A program made the position numbers and the translations under genes. Positions 34,491 through 45,377 of a stretch of DNA of 64,000 nt are shown one piece after another. Origin of the DNA: Candidatus Bathyarchaeota archaeon (GTDB taxonomy: Archaea > Thermoproteota > Bathyarchaeia > 40CM-2-53-6); NCBI GenBank assembly GCA_963706285.1, contig CAVPLU010000003.1:1-64000 (forward strand). The letters are read 5' to 3'. Every line of letters begins with the position of its first letter. The stretch's first letter is position 1. The notes below the pieces were generated by a model. The model did not search any database, had not been told where the DNA came from, and worked only from the letters and a program-made list of their open reading frames with translations.

Positions 34491-34570
34491 ATTTGTGTGT
34501 GCCTCTAGTGGCGCAGGCGTCGGAATTTGAAGCGTTGATTTTGTGTGTACGCACCAAGGTACCCATGCAC
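34491..34570. repeat. Modular site cluster (cores 34502-34515 minus, 34550-34563 plus)
   Basis: rc CTTCAAATTCCGACGCC-TGCGCCACTAGAGG-CACACACAAAT, then TTGTGTGTA-CGCACCAAGGTACC-CATGCAC. Confidence 0.8.
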
Positions 34571-34998
34571 GATAGCAAGCGAGCACAATAGCCTCCCTCC
34601 TCCAGAATGCTGGACAAAAGGATCAATCAACGTCGTATTTCCGCAACATCTCGAGTGTAAGCTAGTAGGACGAACCATAGGCGAGATACTGCAACTTACG
34701 GACGAGACGCATGTGGGTCCATTAGAGTTCACGCCTGAATCGTTCCCTTTCCAGATCCCAGATCAGATCGAGATCGGAGAGGCCTATGCGGAAGACCCAG
34801 ACGAGTTTCGCTCGGCAAGAACCCCAACGAGCCCATTCTAAGGCTCCATATTATGGCGGTTCAGGTGTAGTTGGCACCAAAAATCTGAAATCCTCGCTAG
34901 CATACAGAATAGATGTCCTTCTCGGGCAAGATGTCCGCATATACGGAGGGGACTCGGTAACGGAATTGTTGGTATTCCTTTGGAGTGTGAGTAAATAA

Positions 34999-37506
34999 GT
35001 GATTTCAAAGAATATTGGTCTTGACTGCAGGCATGGTCGGTTTGAGAAGAAAGGTAAGTTTCTCCTCGTAGTATCGTTAACGTTGGTCCTAATCATTAGC
35101 AGTGGAAGTTTTCTTACATCAAACGTTCTTGGCCACGTGACTGGCAAGACGCTTCAGGGATGGGCGCCGACTCCGCCTTCAATCGATGGAGACATCGTCG
35201 CCTCGGAATGGCAGACCGCTGCGTCATCCACATTCTCCTTGACAATTGGAGGAAACCCTTACGCAGGCACATTGTATATCATGAACGATGCGACCAATCT
35301 GTACCTAGCAGTTGCGATAGCAGATCCGACCTTCAGCCCTGATCCCACACCTGACGCCGTCGCTTTCTACTTCGACAATAACCACAACGGTATCTATCAA
35401 CCAGGTGAGGATTCCGTCGCGCAGTACTCCGGGGTAACCGGGTTCAGGGACCGATTTTTGCAGGCGATCCCTACAATGGGAATTGATGTGGCTTTAGGTG
35501 GAACTACTGACGGGTCCGGAGCCTGTGCCGCACACGCCGGTAACAACCACTTTGAGATATCCCATCCTCTCAACTCATTCGATGATGCACATGATTTCAG
35601 CCTTGGCCCGCTGAGTACCGTCGGTTTCACTATGGGGTATGCCGATGCGGCAGTGGGACAGGACTATTGGCCAGCCATCGCCACGGAGAACACTACGACT
35701 TGGGGTGATATCGTAATTGCTTCAGCTCCTCAGACCATGATGGCGTGGGCTTCGACGCCACCAACCATCGATGGTGTTCTCGGAGCCACCGAGTGGACAG
35801 GCGCTGCCCACACATCCTTCTCGATCGGCTGGAGTTTCGTCGGTGACCTATGGGTCATGAACGACGCCACCAACCTATACGTGGCTGTCAAGATCGCAGA
35901 TACATCTCTCACAACCATGGACAGGCTTTACATCGCCTTTGACAACAACAATAATGGTGTTCGTGAAGCGGGAGATGACATACTTGGAGTAATGGGCGAT
36001 GGAGAATTCATGGATCTGTTTTGGGGCCCCACCACCAAGTTTGACAACTTCGAAGCAGGAAGCTCCGATGGTGAAGGCAAATCATCCGGCTCCGGCGGTT
36101 TCAACAGCTTCGAAATTAGTCACCCGCTCAACACAGCAGACAACGTACATGACTTCAGTCTGACTGCAGGGGACACGGTTGGCTTCGATTTGGAGTACTG
36201 GGAAGAGGCAACAGGATACTGGGGAGACTGGCCTTCCCTGAACGCCAGAAGCTGGGCACACATTATCGTCGCCTCAGCTTCAGTGCCTACACCGGATTTT
36301 GCACTAGCGTGCGCTCCATCACCATTGAGTTTGACTCAAGGCGGAAGTGGCACGAGCACATGCACAGTAACTTCGCTGAATGCGTTTAGCGCAGCAGTTG
36401 GGCTTTCAGGTTCATGGGTTGGGGCAGCACCATCTGGTGTCACACAAGCACTTCCAACGCCCATAACGCCTACCTCCGGCGGGAATGCAACATCAATCCT
36501 AACAGTCACAACCGCTGCTAGCTCCTCAACCGGGTCCTTCACGTTCAGAGTTACCGGAACAAGCGATGCGCTCACACACGCCGTGGATATACCAGTTCAG
36601 ATAAACTCCGGCGCAAGTGACTTCACAATTACCGTAAGCCCAGCTTCACTTTCACTTGGTCCCGCTGCATCCGGAACCACAACGATAACAGTACAATCCA
36701 TAGGAACATTCTCCGCGCCGGTAACCCTGACGGGTTCCGGACTCAGCGGGTTGAACTTGGCCCTCGGTACCAATCCAGTGATCCCCCCAGCAGGCGGAAT
36801 CGCTCAAGCAGTCCTCACCATCACAGTAGCTGGAGCGCCCATAGGATCGCACTCAGTGACGATTACAGGAGCAAGTGGCGCACTTGGTCACAGTACCACG
36901 CTTACCGTCGAAGTCACCGGCACCGGAGGAGGATGCTTGATTGCCACAGCCACCTACGGATCCGAACTTTCAGATGAAGTACAATTTCTCAGAGGCTTCC
37001 GCGACAATTCAATCATGAAGACAACCTCGGGATCCAGTTTCATGATCGCTTTCAACGCTTGGTACTACTCATTCAGCCCAACCTTCGCACAATTCATACG
37101 CGAACACTCAACCGCAAGAACCATCGCAAAGGCAACGCTCTATCCACTCATGGGTATCCTCAGATTGGGCGCCGCCACATTTCAGGTGTCTCCAGCGAAC
37201 CCTGAGGCAGGTGCAGTGCTGTCAGGGCTACTAGTAAGCTCGCTCATAGGAGTAGTTTACCTAGCTCCTCCACTGGCGATAGCACTTGTCTTCTCTTCAA
37301 GACTACGTCGAATCGCGAAGAAACTGCAGTTGCCTATTATGATGATCCTGTTCAGCACCATGATGGTTGTGTCTTTCGTCATGATTGTTGGCGCACCTGG
37401 CATACTGACTATGCTTGCAACGTCCGCAATTGTACTCTCAAGTCTGATTGCTTCGGGACTATTCGCTTCGCATGCAATCCTGCGTGCGGTGAAGGATCCC
37501 AAATAG
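34999..37506 (+). CDS. Cell-surface protein: signal peptide, two CBM9/DOMON-like domains, two Ig-like repeats, CFI-box-CTERM and TM helices
   Basis: Duplicated PP(S/T)IDG..EW..MNDATNLY..FDNN..FEISHPLN; DF(A/T)..P..L..G.S.T repeats; CLIATATYGSELSDEVQFLRGFRDN. Confidence 0.8.
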   Translation: MISKNIGLDCRHGRFEKKGKFLLVVSLTLVLIISSGSFLTSNVLGHVTGKTLQGWAPTPPSIDGDIVASEWQTAASSTFSLTIGGNPYAGTLYIMNDATNLYLAVAIADPTFSPDPTPDAVAFYFDNNHNGIYQPGEDSVAQYSGVTGFRDRFLQAIPTMGIDVALGGTTDGSGACAAHAGNNHFEISHPLNSFDDAHDFSLGPLSTVGFTMGYADAAVGQDYWPAIATENTTTWGDIVIASAPQTMMAWASTPPTIDGVLGATEWTGAAHTSFSIGWSFVGDLWVMNDATNLYVAVKIADTSLTTMDRLYIAFDNNNNGVREAGDDILGVMGDGEFMDLFWGPTTKFDNFEAGSSDGEGKSSGSGGFNSFEISHPLNTADNVHDFSLTAGDTVGFDLEYWEEATGYWGDWPSLNARSWAHIIVASASVPTPDFALACAPSPLSLTQGGSGTSTCTVTSLNAFSAAVGLSGSWVGAAPSGVTQALPTPITPTSGGNATSILTVTTAASSSTGSFTFRVTGTSDALTHAVDIPVQINSGASDFTITVSPASLSLGPAASGTTTITVQSIGTFSAPVTLTGSGLSGLNLALGTNPVIPPAGGIAQAVLTITVAGAPIGSHSVTITGASGALGHSTTLTVEVTGTGGGCLIATATYGSELSDEVQFLRGFRDNSIMKTTSGSSFMIAFNAWYYSFSPTFAQFIREHSTARTIAKATLYPLMGILRLGAATFQVSPANPEAGAVLSGLLVSSLIGVVYLAPPLAIALVFSSRLRRIAKKLQLPIMMILFSTMMVVSFVMIVGAPGILTMLATSAIVLSSLIASGLFASHAILRAVKDPK

Positions 37507-37578
37507 TCAATGCGTGTAATGAGCCAGCGGTGGAGGACATTGTTGCGGCGGAATTCTACCCTCGTCGTTGAGGTATTT

Positions 37579-37648
37579 TGTATGTGTGCCACCAAGTAAC
37601 CCGACGACGATTCAAATACGCATTTCCGCGCCAAGTCTACCGACATCG
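37579..37648 (+). repeat. Two adjacent modular sites (cores about 37589 and 37627-37640)
   Basis: TGTGTG-CCACCAAGTAACC-CGACGACG-ATTCAAATACGCATTTC-CGCGCCAAGTCTAC-CGACATCG. Confidence 0.8.
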
Positions 37649-38043
37649 AATTCTCTTGCTGCTCCTGACGTGTCCAAGAATCCTCTAACGTCATGTTCGA
37701 ACCTGTTTCGTACCTTGACCACCAACCGGGATCCTGATCGCCTTGATTTGAGCGACTGTGTATGCCTCTTTGAGGCGTTCCACCATAGACCCCCCTTGGC
37801 GGCGGGTTTCGATTTTTTGGAGGGTTTGGGCATGGTTCTCAGCTTCACTGTTCGATTGGTAGCGAGGCTCTTGAGGGCGTTCTGGAGTACAAGAAGCCAA
37901 TGCCAAACTACGAGTGTTGTTCTGCCGGACAGCAAGGTCTCAAGAAATCATAGCACAAATCCTTCGCGCACTACCGGTGTTCTCGGTCTTGGCCGTTTCC
38001 TTAGATGGATACGCTTTTCATCGTCAACGCGCTGTTTCTGGGC

Positions 38044-38682
38044 ATGAGAGCAACAACCGTTCTAATTCTCCTATGTTTCGTTGCGAGTGTCTACGCGTGG
38101 ACCGCCAATCCCGTCATAGTGCAGAATGATCTCGTATTCAGCCTCACGAATCTGCAGGACGGAAGGGTCTGGACACTGTTTACAGCAATCTTCGTCCACG
38201 CCAATCTCCTTCACCTCTTAGGCAACATGATCTTCCTCTACGTGTTCGGTAACACGTTAGAAGGCGTCGCAGACACCAGACGGATGCTACTAGCATTCTT
38301 CTTAGGCGGAATCCTAAGTTTCCTGCTCAGCTTACCATTCTTCCCACCCGACGCAACATTCGTGGGCGCATCAGCGGCAATATTCACCCTCACAGCTGTT
38401 GTTATGTTGTTGAAGCCGCTCAGGTTCTCTTTCCTGTTACTCATGCCTGTCGGGCTAGTAGCGGTTCTATATTTCCTCTACAACGCCGTCGCCGTATACA
38501 CTCACCTACAGAGCGACGTAGCCTACATCTCACACATAATCGGCTTCACACTCGGGCTACCATTAGGAATCGCTTGGAGTCCACAATGGAAGAGGAATCT
38601 ACTGATCTCCATTGGACTCCTAATCGTATACTTCGTTATACTCTACTTGGTCACCACATATGTGCTACCCTTACTGCTCTGA
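38044..38682 (+). CDS. Rhomboid family intramembrane serine protease
   Basis: FVHANLLHLLGNM, VGASAA (catalytic Ser), SHIIGF (catalytic His). Confidence 0.9.
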   Translation: MRATTVLILLCFVASVYAWTANPVIVQNDLVFSLTNLQDGRVWTLFTAIFVHANLLHLLGNMIFLYVFGNTLEGVADTRRMLLAFFLGGILSFLLSLPFFPPDATFVGASAAIFTLTAVVMLLKPLRFSFLLLMPVGLVAVLYFLYNAVAVYTHLQSDVAYISHIIGFTLGLPLGIAWSPQWKRNLLISIGLLIVYFVILYLVTTYVLPLLL

Positions 38683-39027
38683 CTCTCTGGAAATTACTGT
38701 GGCCCACCGTACCGTTGAACTGAGGCCGCGACTTTTTCCTGATGAACCAGAACCGGATCCCCTCAACCGCATACTTGGAATCATTACTCAAGCGGGCGAG
38801 GCGTCATCTCTCATCAGTATCTGCTGCGGACGTGCCGAGAATTCAAGATGAAACGACGGGACGTGAAGAACCTGCCTTTAGCAGACAAAAGAAACATGAC
38901 ATATCCGTGGGTCGTTGTAATCTCAACTCTTACTTGTGCGTGTTTACATCACATGTATCTTACACGCAAAGCAATCGCTACCACGACAGCCTTTATTCCC
39001 AAAGTCCGGTTTGGCTGAACATTCGGT

Positions 39028-39063
39028 AATTGTGTGTGGGGCTAATGGTGCGCACACACAATT
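39028..39063 (-). repeat. Modular site, symmetric form (core 39039-39052)
   Basis: AATTGTGTGTG-N14-CACACACAATT, perfect 11-bp arms; core rc CGCACCATTAGCCC. Confidence 0.88.
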
Positions 39064-39157
39064 GTGCTCGTCTCGCTCACAGCGACTTGTCAAGTTTTCA
39101 TTGTATCACGAAGATAAAAAAAGGAAAGAAAATGAGTTGAGAAGAAACTGAGCGGGG

Positions 39158-39550
39158 TCAGTGTTTCGCCTGTTTTGACATGTACTCTCCGGCTTGTGCG
39201 AACTGTTTCTTGAACTTTTCAAAGTCAACATTGGCCGCGTGCAGTATGGAGCTCCAACCAGTTGTGAATCTAGTGAGAAATGCGGTCTCGGCGATTTCAT
39301 CATCAGTAGCACCGTTCATTCTGGCGGCTCCTGTGTGGAAGTGAATACAGTACGGGCAATGGATTGCAGACGCGACCGCTAACCCCATAAGCTCACGGTA
39401 TTTGGCAGGTATCTTGGTTTCTCCGAAAGAGAACTTCTTCATCTCCGCCCATTCGTGAGGAAGTGCATCATGCGGAATCGCAGTGAATTGATCAAGCACT
39501 ATGCCCATAGTCTTCTTGATATCGGCAAGAGCATTTTCATATTCTCCCAT
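39158..39550 (-). CDS. Carboxymuconolactone decarboxylase / AhpD-like protein
   Basis: KYRELMGLAVASAIHCPYCIHFH..A...GAT..EI. Confidence 0.88.
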   Translation of the reverse strand: MGEYENALADIKKTMGIVLDQFTAIPHDALPHEWAEMKKFSFGETKIPAKYRELMGLAVASAIHCPYCIHFHTGAARMNGATDDEIAETAFLTRFTTGWSSILHAANVDFEKFKKQFAQAGEYMSKQAKH

Positions 39551-39848
39551 TCAATGTAACACCTCTGATACCCATCTTACCTTCGGGCGTTTCAGGTTTT
39601 CGGTATTTGCAAGTGTTTTTCATGTACTCTGCGGCAACAAAGACAGCTTCGTCGTCGTTTGGTAGATGTGTGCACCATGAAGGCCGCACAGAGAGAAACG
39701 ACGATTTGAATCCGGATAGCATGAAATCTGCCCATAGGTTTGATAGATCAGTACAAAATCCTCGAGTTAAGGCTGGCTAGATGCACGTTTATGCGAGTAC
39801 AGAACTTATACCGAAACAGACACCACTAGGCTTGGGATCGACTAGTAG

Positions 39849-40253
39849 ATGGCTTCAGTTCGAACAGCGGTCGGAATAGTTCTATCCATCATCGGCTTCG
39901 TCCTGCTGCTGTATGCCGGGTTGAACTTCAACAACCTCTTTTTCATTCAAGAAATGTTGACAGAAGCAGATATTCCAGCTTACGGCAGATCTGTAGCCGC
40001 GCCTGCGTTTCTGGCTCTATTGGTATTGTTGGACGGATCATTCGTGTTGGGTCTTAAGAGAGTCTTCAGTCTGAGCGTTCACGTTCTGGGTAACTTCGTC
40101 TGGTTGCTTGCGCTTCTCCAATTGGATCGGAACTTGGCCATGCCGATTACGGCTGTCTCAGCCTATCAACAGATCTTCTACCTAGTATTGGTGGGCGTGA
40201 TCTTCTTTATCGTGGGTGTCATAGTGAACGATATTCCACAACGCAAGAAATAG
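39849..40253 (+). CDS. Hypothetical 4-TM membrane protein
   Basis: Hydrophobic ORF, TATA-like CTTATA upstream, flanked by repeat sites. Confidence 0.65.
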   Translation: MASVRTAVGIVLSIIGFVLLLYAGLNFNNLFFIQEMLTEADIPAYGRSVAAPAFLALLVLLDGSFVLGLKRVFSLSVHVLGNFVWLLALLQLDRNLAMPITAVSAYQQIFYLVLVGVIFFIVGVIVNDIPQRKK

Positions 40254-40309
40254 AGAATCATGAATTATGCAGATTGGAAGCTAACATTTCTACAAACGGA
40301 GTGTTGAAG

Positions 40310-40798
40310 ATGAAGGGCATAGTTGTTTATGACACCTCCTACGGAAACACCAAGAAAATCGCAGAGACAATCGCAGAGACACTAAAAGAGTCTGGAATAG
40401 AAGTTGATCTCTTCAACGTAAGAGACGTAAAGAAGTTAAGCGCAAAGGACTACGATTTCTTGGTTCTCGGTTCTCCGACCAAATTTGGCACAATGAGCTT
40501 TGCAATCAGATTCTTCTTGGGCAAGGTGAAGAGTGAGGAATGGATGAACAAGCCTTTCGCAGCCTTCGACACTGAAAATCCTGAGAACATGGAGAAGAAA
40601 GAATATAGTGCAGCCGAAAAGATTGCTGAAAAGCTCAAAGAGAAGAAGATGAACCAACTGTTGCCAGTTCTGAAAGCCGCTGTGTTGGGGCAAAAGGGAC
40701 CGCTTATAGAAGGCGAAATCGAGCGGACAAAAGACTATGCAAGGGAACTCGCCATTAAATTGAAGGAAGAAAAAGGTCTGAAGAACAATTTTTGTTGA
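40310..40798 (+). CDS. Flavodoxin domain protein
   Basis: VYDTSYGNTKKIAE, LVLGSPT, AAFDT. Confidence 0.88.
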   Translation: MKGIVVYDTSYGNTKKIAETIAETLKESGIEVDLFNVRDVKKLSAKDYDFLVLGSPTKFGTMSFAIRFFLGKVKSEEWMNKPFAAFDTENPENMEKKEYSAAEKIAEKLKEKKMNQLLPVLKAAVLGQKGPLIEGEIERTKDYARELAIKLKEEKGLKNNFC

Positions 40799-40972
40799 GC
40801 GAGGAGAATTTCACGCGTAGACCAGCTCAAACGTCGCGAAAAGTCGAAGAGCCTCCTCCACGCTAAGATCATTCGCCGACGCTCAATGGTGATGACTTTG
40901 AGTGTTTGACTATGGTCATCAAAGCCACAACGCGTCAGAAGCGCCTTCTGACGGAGTCTATTCTAGGGCCTA

Positions 40973-41144
40973 GTGTGTGGGTTTAATGGTGCGCACCACC
41001 ACCAAAACTGCCTAAACGACAAGGGTTCAATTTACGATGCCCCCCAGCTGACTCACGCACTTTGGTGATCGTGCTAGCTTCGCTCTCAACACAAGTCTCA
41101 GGACAAGGACTGGATCCGACTGATCTCTCCCGCACCAAGGTACC
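40973..41144. repeat. Modular site cluster (cores 40980-40993 minus, about 41041, 41131-41144)
   Basis: GTGTGTG-N14-CACCACC; GGTTCAATTTACGATGCC-CCCCAGCTGACT-CACGCAC; CGCACCAAGGTACC. Confidence 0.78.
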
Positions 41145-41674
41145 GGGGAAAACGGTTGCGTCTTCCTTGCATTTGCTGGTGTCATCGTGATAACGATGGG
41201 AGGCGCTTCGACGGCTTCTCTAAGCTTGTTTGAGCCTGTTGGAGTGTTGCTCATGGTTGCCGCTGCCTTCTGCTGGGCAGGCTATTCATTCTCGGCAAGA
41301 GGGTACTCCATGGTTACTCCAGCGCCGTTGCCACGTCTTGCGTGTTTCTGCTCGGCACGTTGTACTTGATTCCATTCGCGCTCGTTGAAGGCCACACAAG
41401 CCTCGTTCTGAATTCATCATGGATGACGTGGCTTAGCATCGTCTACCTAGCGATACCGAGCTCCGTGATCGCTTACATGCTTTGGAACCGCGCGATAAAA
41501 GAGATTGATATCACTAAACTCCTCGTCGCAATGTACGCCATACCAATACCAACAGCAATTCTCTCCTACCTATTCCTCGGGGAGAAGATAACATACTTCC
41601 TACTCCTCGGCGGAGCTCTCGTCATCATCGGAGTCTATCTGACAGGATCATCACGAAGCAACCACCACGCCTAG
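41145..41674 (+). pseudogene. C-terminal half of an EamA/DMT transporter, 5'-truncated at a repeat core
   Basis: FLAFAGVIVIT, AAAFCWAGYS, IAYMLWNRA, LFLGEKIT..GGALVIIGV. Confidence 0.72.
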
Positions 41675-41818
41675 ATGCCTCTCAGGGAGAGGCGAGGAGA
41701 TTCTCGGAGGTCGCTGACTTTCGATCCGAACTCAACCGATTTGAGATCCCTAAGCTCTAAGGAGTCACCTATATCGACCGTCCACCGTTCTTAGAACGAG
41801 GAATCGCATACGAGGGAA

Positions 41819-43342
41819 GTGGCGAAAGCGAACAAACTCGGAGACATCTTCAGCCCAATCTACTCGCTTGCGGCGTCCGGTTGTCCGGAGTTCAAAATGC
41901 TAGTTGATGGAAAATGGACCTCGCTGGAGCAACGTATCGAGGTCCGGAGTCCAATCGATGATGGTCTAGTTGCGACCATCCCGAACGCTTCGGAACGAGA
42001 AGCGGATCAAGCGGTCGAGTCATCAGACACTCACAGAAACGCCATCAGGACCGTCCCCGCAGTCGAGAAGATCGAGATCTTCCTGCGCACGCGCGAATTG
42101 CTGCTCGACAACGAAGACTCCTTTGTCCATATTCTGTCGCTGGAAGCGGGCAAGACATTGGCTAATGCAAAGGGTGAAGTGAGATCTACGGCCGAGCGCC
42201 TGAAGCTCACCCCCGGAGGACTACAGCAAGATCAGAGGAGAACACATCCCAGGCGATTGGTCAGACGAGACCGTGGGTACCTCCGCAGACGTACTAAGAG
42301 AGCCACTGGGGGTCGTCTTAGCGATTTCACCTTTCAACTACCCACTCTATATTACCTCAACCAAAGCGATCCCGGCACTTCTCGCGGGAAATTCGGTCGT
42401 TGTGAAACCGGCAAGTCAAGATCCACTCTCTTTTCTCATGTTCGCTCGACTCTGGAGGAAGCTGGACTTCCGGCGGGCACACTCAACGTCGTGACAGGAA
42501 GGGGACCAATCGGCGAGTATCTAGCGGGCCGCGAGAAGGTTGACATGATCAGCTTCACGGGAAGCACGGAGGTAGGAAAGAGGCTGGCTCGAGTTGCAGG
42601 CATCAAGAAACTGCACATGGAATTGGGCGGGAAAGGATGCGCGATAGTTCTCGGAGACGCTGACCTTGATCTTGCGGTGAAGGAGATCGCGAAAGGCTCT
42701 CTCAGCTACAGTGGGCAGAGATGTGATGCAGTAAGCCGAGTCCTCGTTGAACAGAGTATTGTAGAAGCGTTCGTTGAGAAGATTGTGGAGGAGGCTGGAA
42801 CGTACAAGGTTGGCGACCCACGCGACCCCACAGTCAAAGTCGGACCACTCATCAATCGCAGTGCAGTAGAAAGGGTGCATGGCCTCGTTACTGATGCGAT
42901 CGACAAAGGCGCCAAGGCGCTTGTAGGAGCGAAGTTCGAAGGCAACTACTACTATCCAACGGTGCTCTACCCGGTTCCTATAAACGCGAACATCATGTGG
43001 GAAGAGACATTTGGTCCCATAATTCCGGTAATGTCTGTGAAAGATGTGGACGAAGCGATTGACCTGACGAATAGGTCGAAGTATGGCTTGGATTCGTGTG
43101 TCTTCACCTTCAACCTTAACCTTGCAAGAAAAGTCGCAAAGAGACTTGAAGAAGGAGAGATAACGATAAACGCGGCTCCCCGCCACGGCGTCGGCTATTA
43201 CCCGTTCGGTGGAAACAAAGACTCTGGACTCGGTAGAGAAGGAATAGGATACAGCATAGAAGAAATGACGAGACTGAAGACAATCGTCTACAACTGGAAG
43301 CCCGCTAGAGTCTGGAGCGACCTAGTGGAACCGGGTAAGTGA
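41819..43342 (+). CDS. Aldehyde dehydrogenase, GAPN-like (two compensating frameshifts near 42210 and 42450)
   Basis: REPLGVVLAISPFNYPL in the alternate frame, FTGSTEVG, ELGGK, SGQRC, EETFGP, PFGGNKDSG. Confidence 0.85.
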   Translation: MAKANKLGDIFSPIYSLAASGCPEFKMLVDGKWTSLEQRIEVRSPIDDGLVATIPNASEREADQAVESSDTHRNAIRTVPAVEKIEIFLRTRELLLDNEDSFVHILSLEAGKTLANAKGEVRSTAERLKLTPGGLQQDQRRTHPRRLVRRDRGYLRRRTKRATGGRLSDFTFQLPTLYYLNQSDPGTSRGKFGRCETGKSRSTLFSHVRSTLEEAGLPAGTLNVVTGRGPIGEYLAGREKVDMISFTGSTEVGKRLARVAGIKKLHMELGGKGCAIVLGDADLDLAVKEIAKGSLSYSGQRCDAVSRVLVEQSIVEAFVEKIVEEAGTYKVGDPRDPTVKVGPLINRSAVERVHGLVTDAIDKGAKALVGAKFEGNYYYPTVLYPVPINANIMWEETFGPIIPVMSVKDVDEAIDLTNRSKYGLDSCVFTFNLNLARKVAKRLEEGEITINAAPRHGVGYYPFGGNKDSGLGREGIGYSIEEMTRLKTIVYNWKPARVWSDLVEPGK

Positions 43343-43423
43343 TTCAGAACGTCCTTGCCCTCTCGGCTTTGCCTGATCCGGGACCAAGGCTTGGCGAAGA
43401 CAATGCGCTCCTCCATTCGTTAT

Positions 43424-43465
43424 GGTTCAAACTGGTCGCCCGCACAGAGCATAACCACACACCAA
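43424..43465 (+). repeat. Modular site (core about 43441-43454)
   Basis: GGTTCAAACTGGTCGCC-CGCACAGAGCATAA-CCACACAC. Confidence 0.72.
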
Positions 43466-43601
43466 CGAAAGGAAGAATGGGCGAGCCTGACTGCAAGCGC
43501 TTAGCCGTTTCTTGCCTCATGGGCGAAAGGGCATTAGAGCGAGCTGCCGTCGGAGATTATCAAGAAAAATGTCGCTTGCTCCACTTTCGAATATCTATTT
43601 C

Positions 43602-44101
43602 TCAAAAGCCCTTGCTCTTTCTGATCTTGATAGAAATTCTGTGGTCAGCTTTTTGAAGCATTACTCTATTCAAAAATTCCTGCCTTAGATTTCTTGGAAG
43701 ACGCCGTGATTGCCAATTGCGTTCTTTGACAACCTTACCCTCCGCATTAGCGGGGTCAGCCGCTGCAACTGCCTTAAGAGCATAGTAAGAAGCGCCGAAG
43801 GCGTGTTGGGGAACATGTGCAGTTGCCACCGCTTGACCTGCGGCACGCGCAGCAAAACAAGCCGCGTTATCTTCTTTGCTTCGCGGGCGGAGGCATGAGC
43901 TGCAAGAGAAACTCCACGCACATCAGCCATCTTAAACACTCCTGTGCGAATCCAGGTTCGGCATGCTTCGATGGCTTTGCGAGGTCGGTCGTCTTTCGGG
44001 TATGCCTTTTCAAAATACGGAAGCACTCGTTCGGCACAATCCGCAGCACAGGTTGCCAGCGACCTCTGATCTTGTTTACTGTATTTCTTGTATCTTCTCA
44101 T
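43602..44101 (-). CDS. Imm5-like putative immunity domain protein (frameshift near 43875)
   Basis: AADCAERVLPYFE..PKDDRPRKAIEA..W, ATAHVPQHAFGA..YA, KERNWQ..RLP. Confidence 0.75.
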
Positions 44102-44423
44102 GGTATGGTTGCTCTCCCTCTTCACGGGCGATCTTGCGAAATATCGATAGGCTTTTCGTGCCTGATTGATTTCGGAGTTATCATCTTCCTGTTGGCAGCC
44201 GCTTTGCCGATAGTGCCAGGTCTCGTGTGTGATACAGCTGGTGCAGGGATATTGCATAGGCCCTGTTTATAGTGGTCACGTGGACATGCTAGAAGGGGAC
44301 GTGGAAGTCACGTGCAAGTCCACCTTACTGCCACGCGTGAGGGCGTTCACGAAGCTTGTAGACTAACCGCGCGCCAACGCAGTCTTGGCTTTCCTTAGTG
44401 AGACATCAACGTTCGAACGTGAC

Positions 44424-44503
44424 GTGTGCGTGGTTAGGACTTTGAACCGTCGTTCGTCGTGGTTATTGGGTTGATTTTTGTCGGTAGGCTGGTGCGCACA
44501 CCC
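44424..44503 (-). repeat. Modular site cluster (core 44483-44496)
   Basis: rc GGGTGTG-CGCACCAGCCTACC-GACA ... ACGACGAACGACGGTTCAAAG. Confidence 0.78.
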
Positions 44504-44578
44504 GCGCACCACAATGACACATGATATGGAAAGGCAGATATCAGGCCATAGCCAGAGTATCTCTGGAGAATATGGGTT

Positions 44579-45214
44579 ATGTCTGGGCCGATTGACATAG
44601 TGCTTTGCTTACACAATGCATTTCGTCGTGACACGCTGGAGATCGATGACGCTGCCTTCAAAGCAGCGCGTAGTGGTGGGGATATTAGTCGCGTTTTGGA
44701 TCGACTGCACATTACCGGAGAAGTTCTAGACTATCACGCGAAGGGTGAGGAGGAGGCGGTGTTCCCCGCTGTCGATAAGGTGGCGCCGCTTGTAGCGAAG
44801 GCCTACTTTTTGGACCATCGTGAACTAGACATAATGGTTGCTGGACTGGAAGCGATGCGGACAGCACCGGATGCATTAACAGCGGCTAGGGCGACAGCTG
44901 TCCTGAACGCACATCTGAGGATTCATCTGAACAAGGAAGACGCTCATTTGTACCCAATTCTGCGAGAGCGAACTACAGAAAGCGAGCAAGCCTCAATCGT
45001 TGGGACGATGGCCAGGAAGATCCCCCCTGACAGAAACCCCACTGTTGTTCGGTGGCTTTTCCCGTTACTAGGCCATGATGACCGTGCCGTGGTCACTAGG
45101 GGCTGGATGACTTTTATGCCTCCGCAAGTTTTCGCTGGACTCAAACCTCTCATTCGAGAGACTGTTGCCGGAGACTGGGCCGAGCTAACACGGCGAGTCC
45201 CAGAACTAAACTAA
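44579..45214 (+). CDS. Hemerythrin (HHE) domain protein
   Basis: LHNAFRRD, HAKGEEEAVFP, DHREL, HLNKEDAHLYP. Confidence 0.85.
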   Translation: MSGPIDIVLCLHNAFRRDTLEIDDAAFKAARSGGDISRVLDRLHITGEVLDYHAKGEEEAVFPAVDKVAPLVAKAYFLDHRELDIMVAGLEAMRTAPDALTAARATAVLNAHLRIHLNKEDAHLYPILRERTTESEQASIVGTMARKIPPDRNPTVVRWLFPLLGHDDRAVVTRGWMTFMPPQVFAGLKPLIRETVAGDWAELTRRVPELN

Positions 45215-45297
45215 CCCAATTGTGATTCGACCCACTCTCCACTGCTTCAATCCATCAGCTCTGTTTTGCCGACTAAATTGTGGGTCCGTGCAGTTTC

Positions 45298-45330
45298 TTG
45301 TGTGTGCACATCAAGTGATCCACATACATA
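45298..45330 (+). repeat. Modular site, symmetric form (core 45307-45320)
   Basis: TTGTGTGTG-CACATCAAGTGATC-CACATAC. Confidence 0.75.
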
Positions 45331-45377
45331 CACGTGAGACGATGACTCGTGCTCTTTCGCGCTCTTGAGAACTCCAT

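Noticed and set aside
37568-38047. Overlapping short ORFs between the surface protein and the rhomboid gene
   Set aside because: No motif support and they overlap repeat sites; possibly a decayed fragment
39028-39063. GGTGCGCA identity to the E. coli dif XerC arm as proof of a dif site
   Set aside because: Only an 8-bp match, with no TTATGTTAAAT-like partner arm; kept as an analogy only
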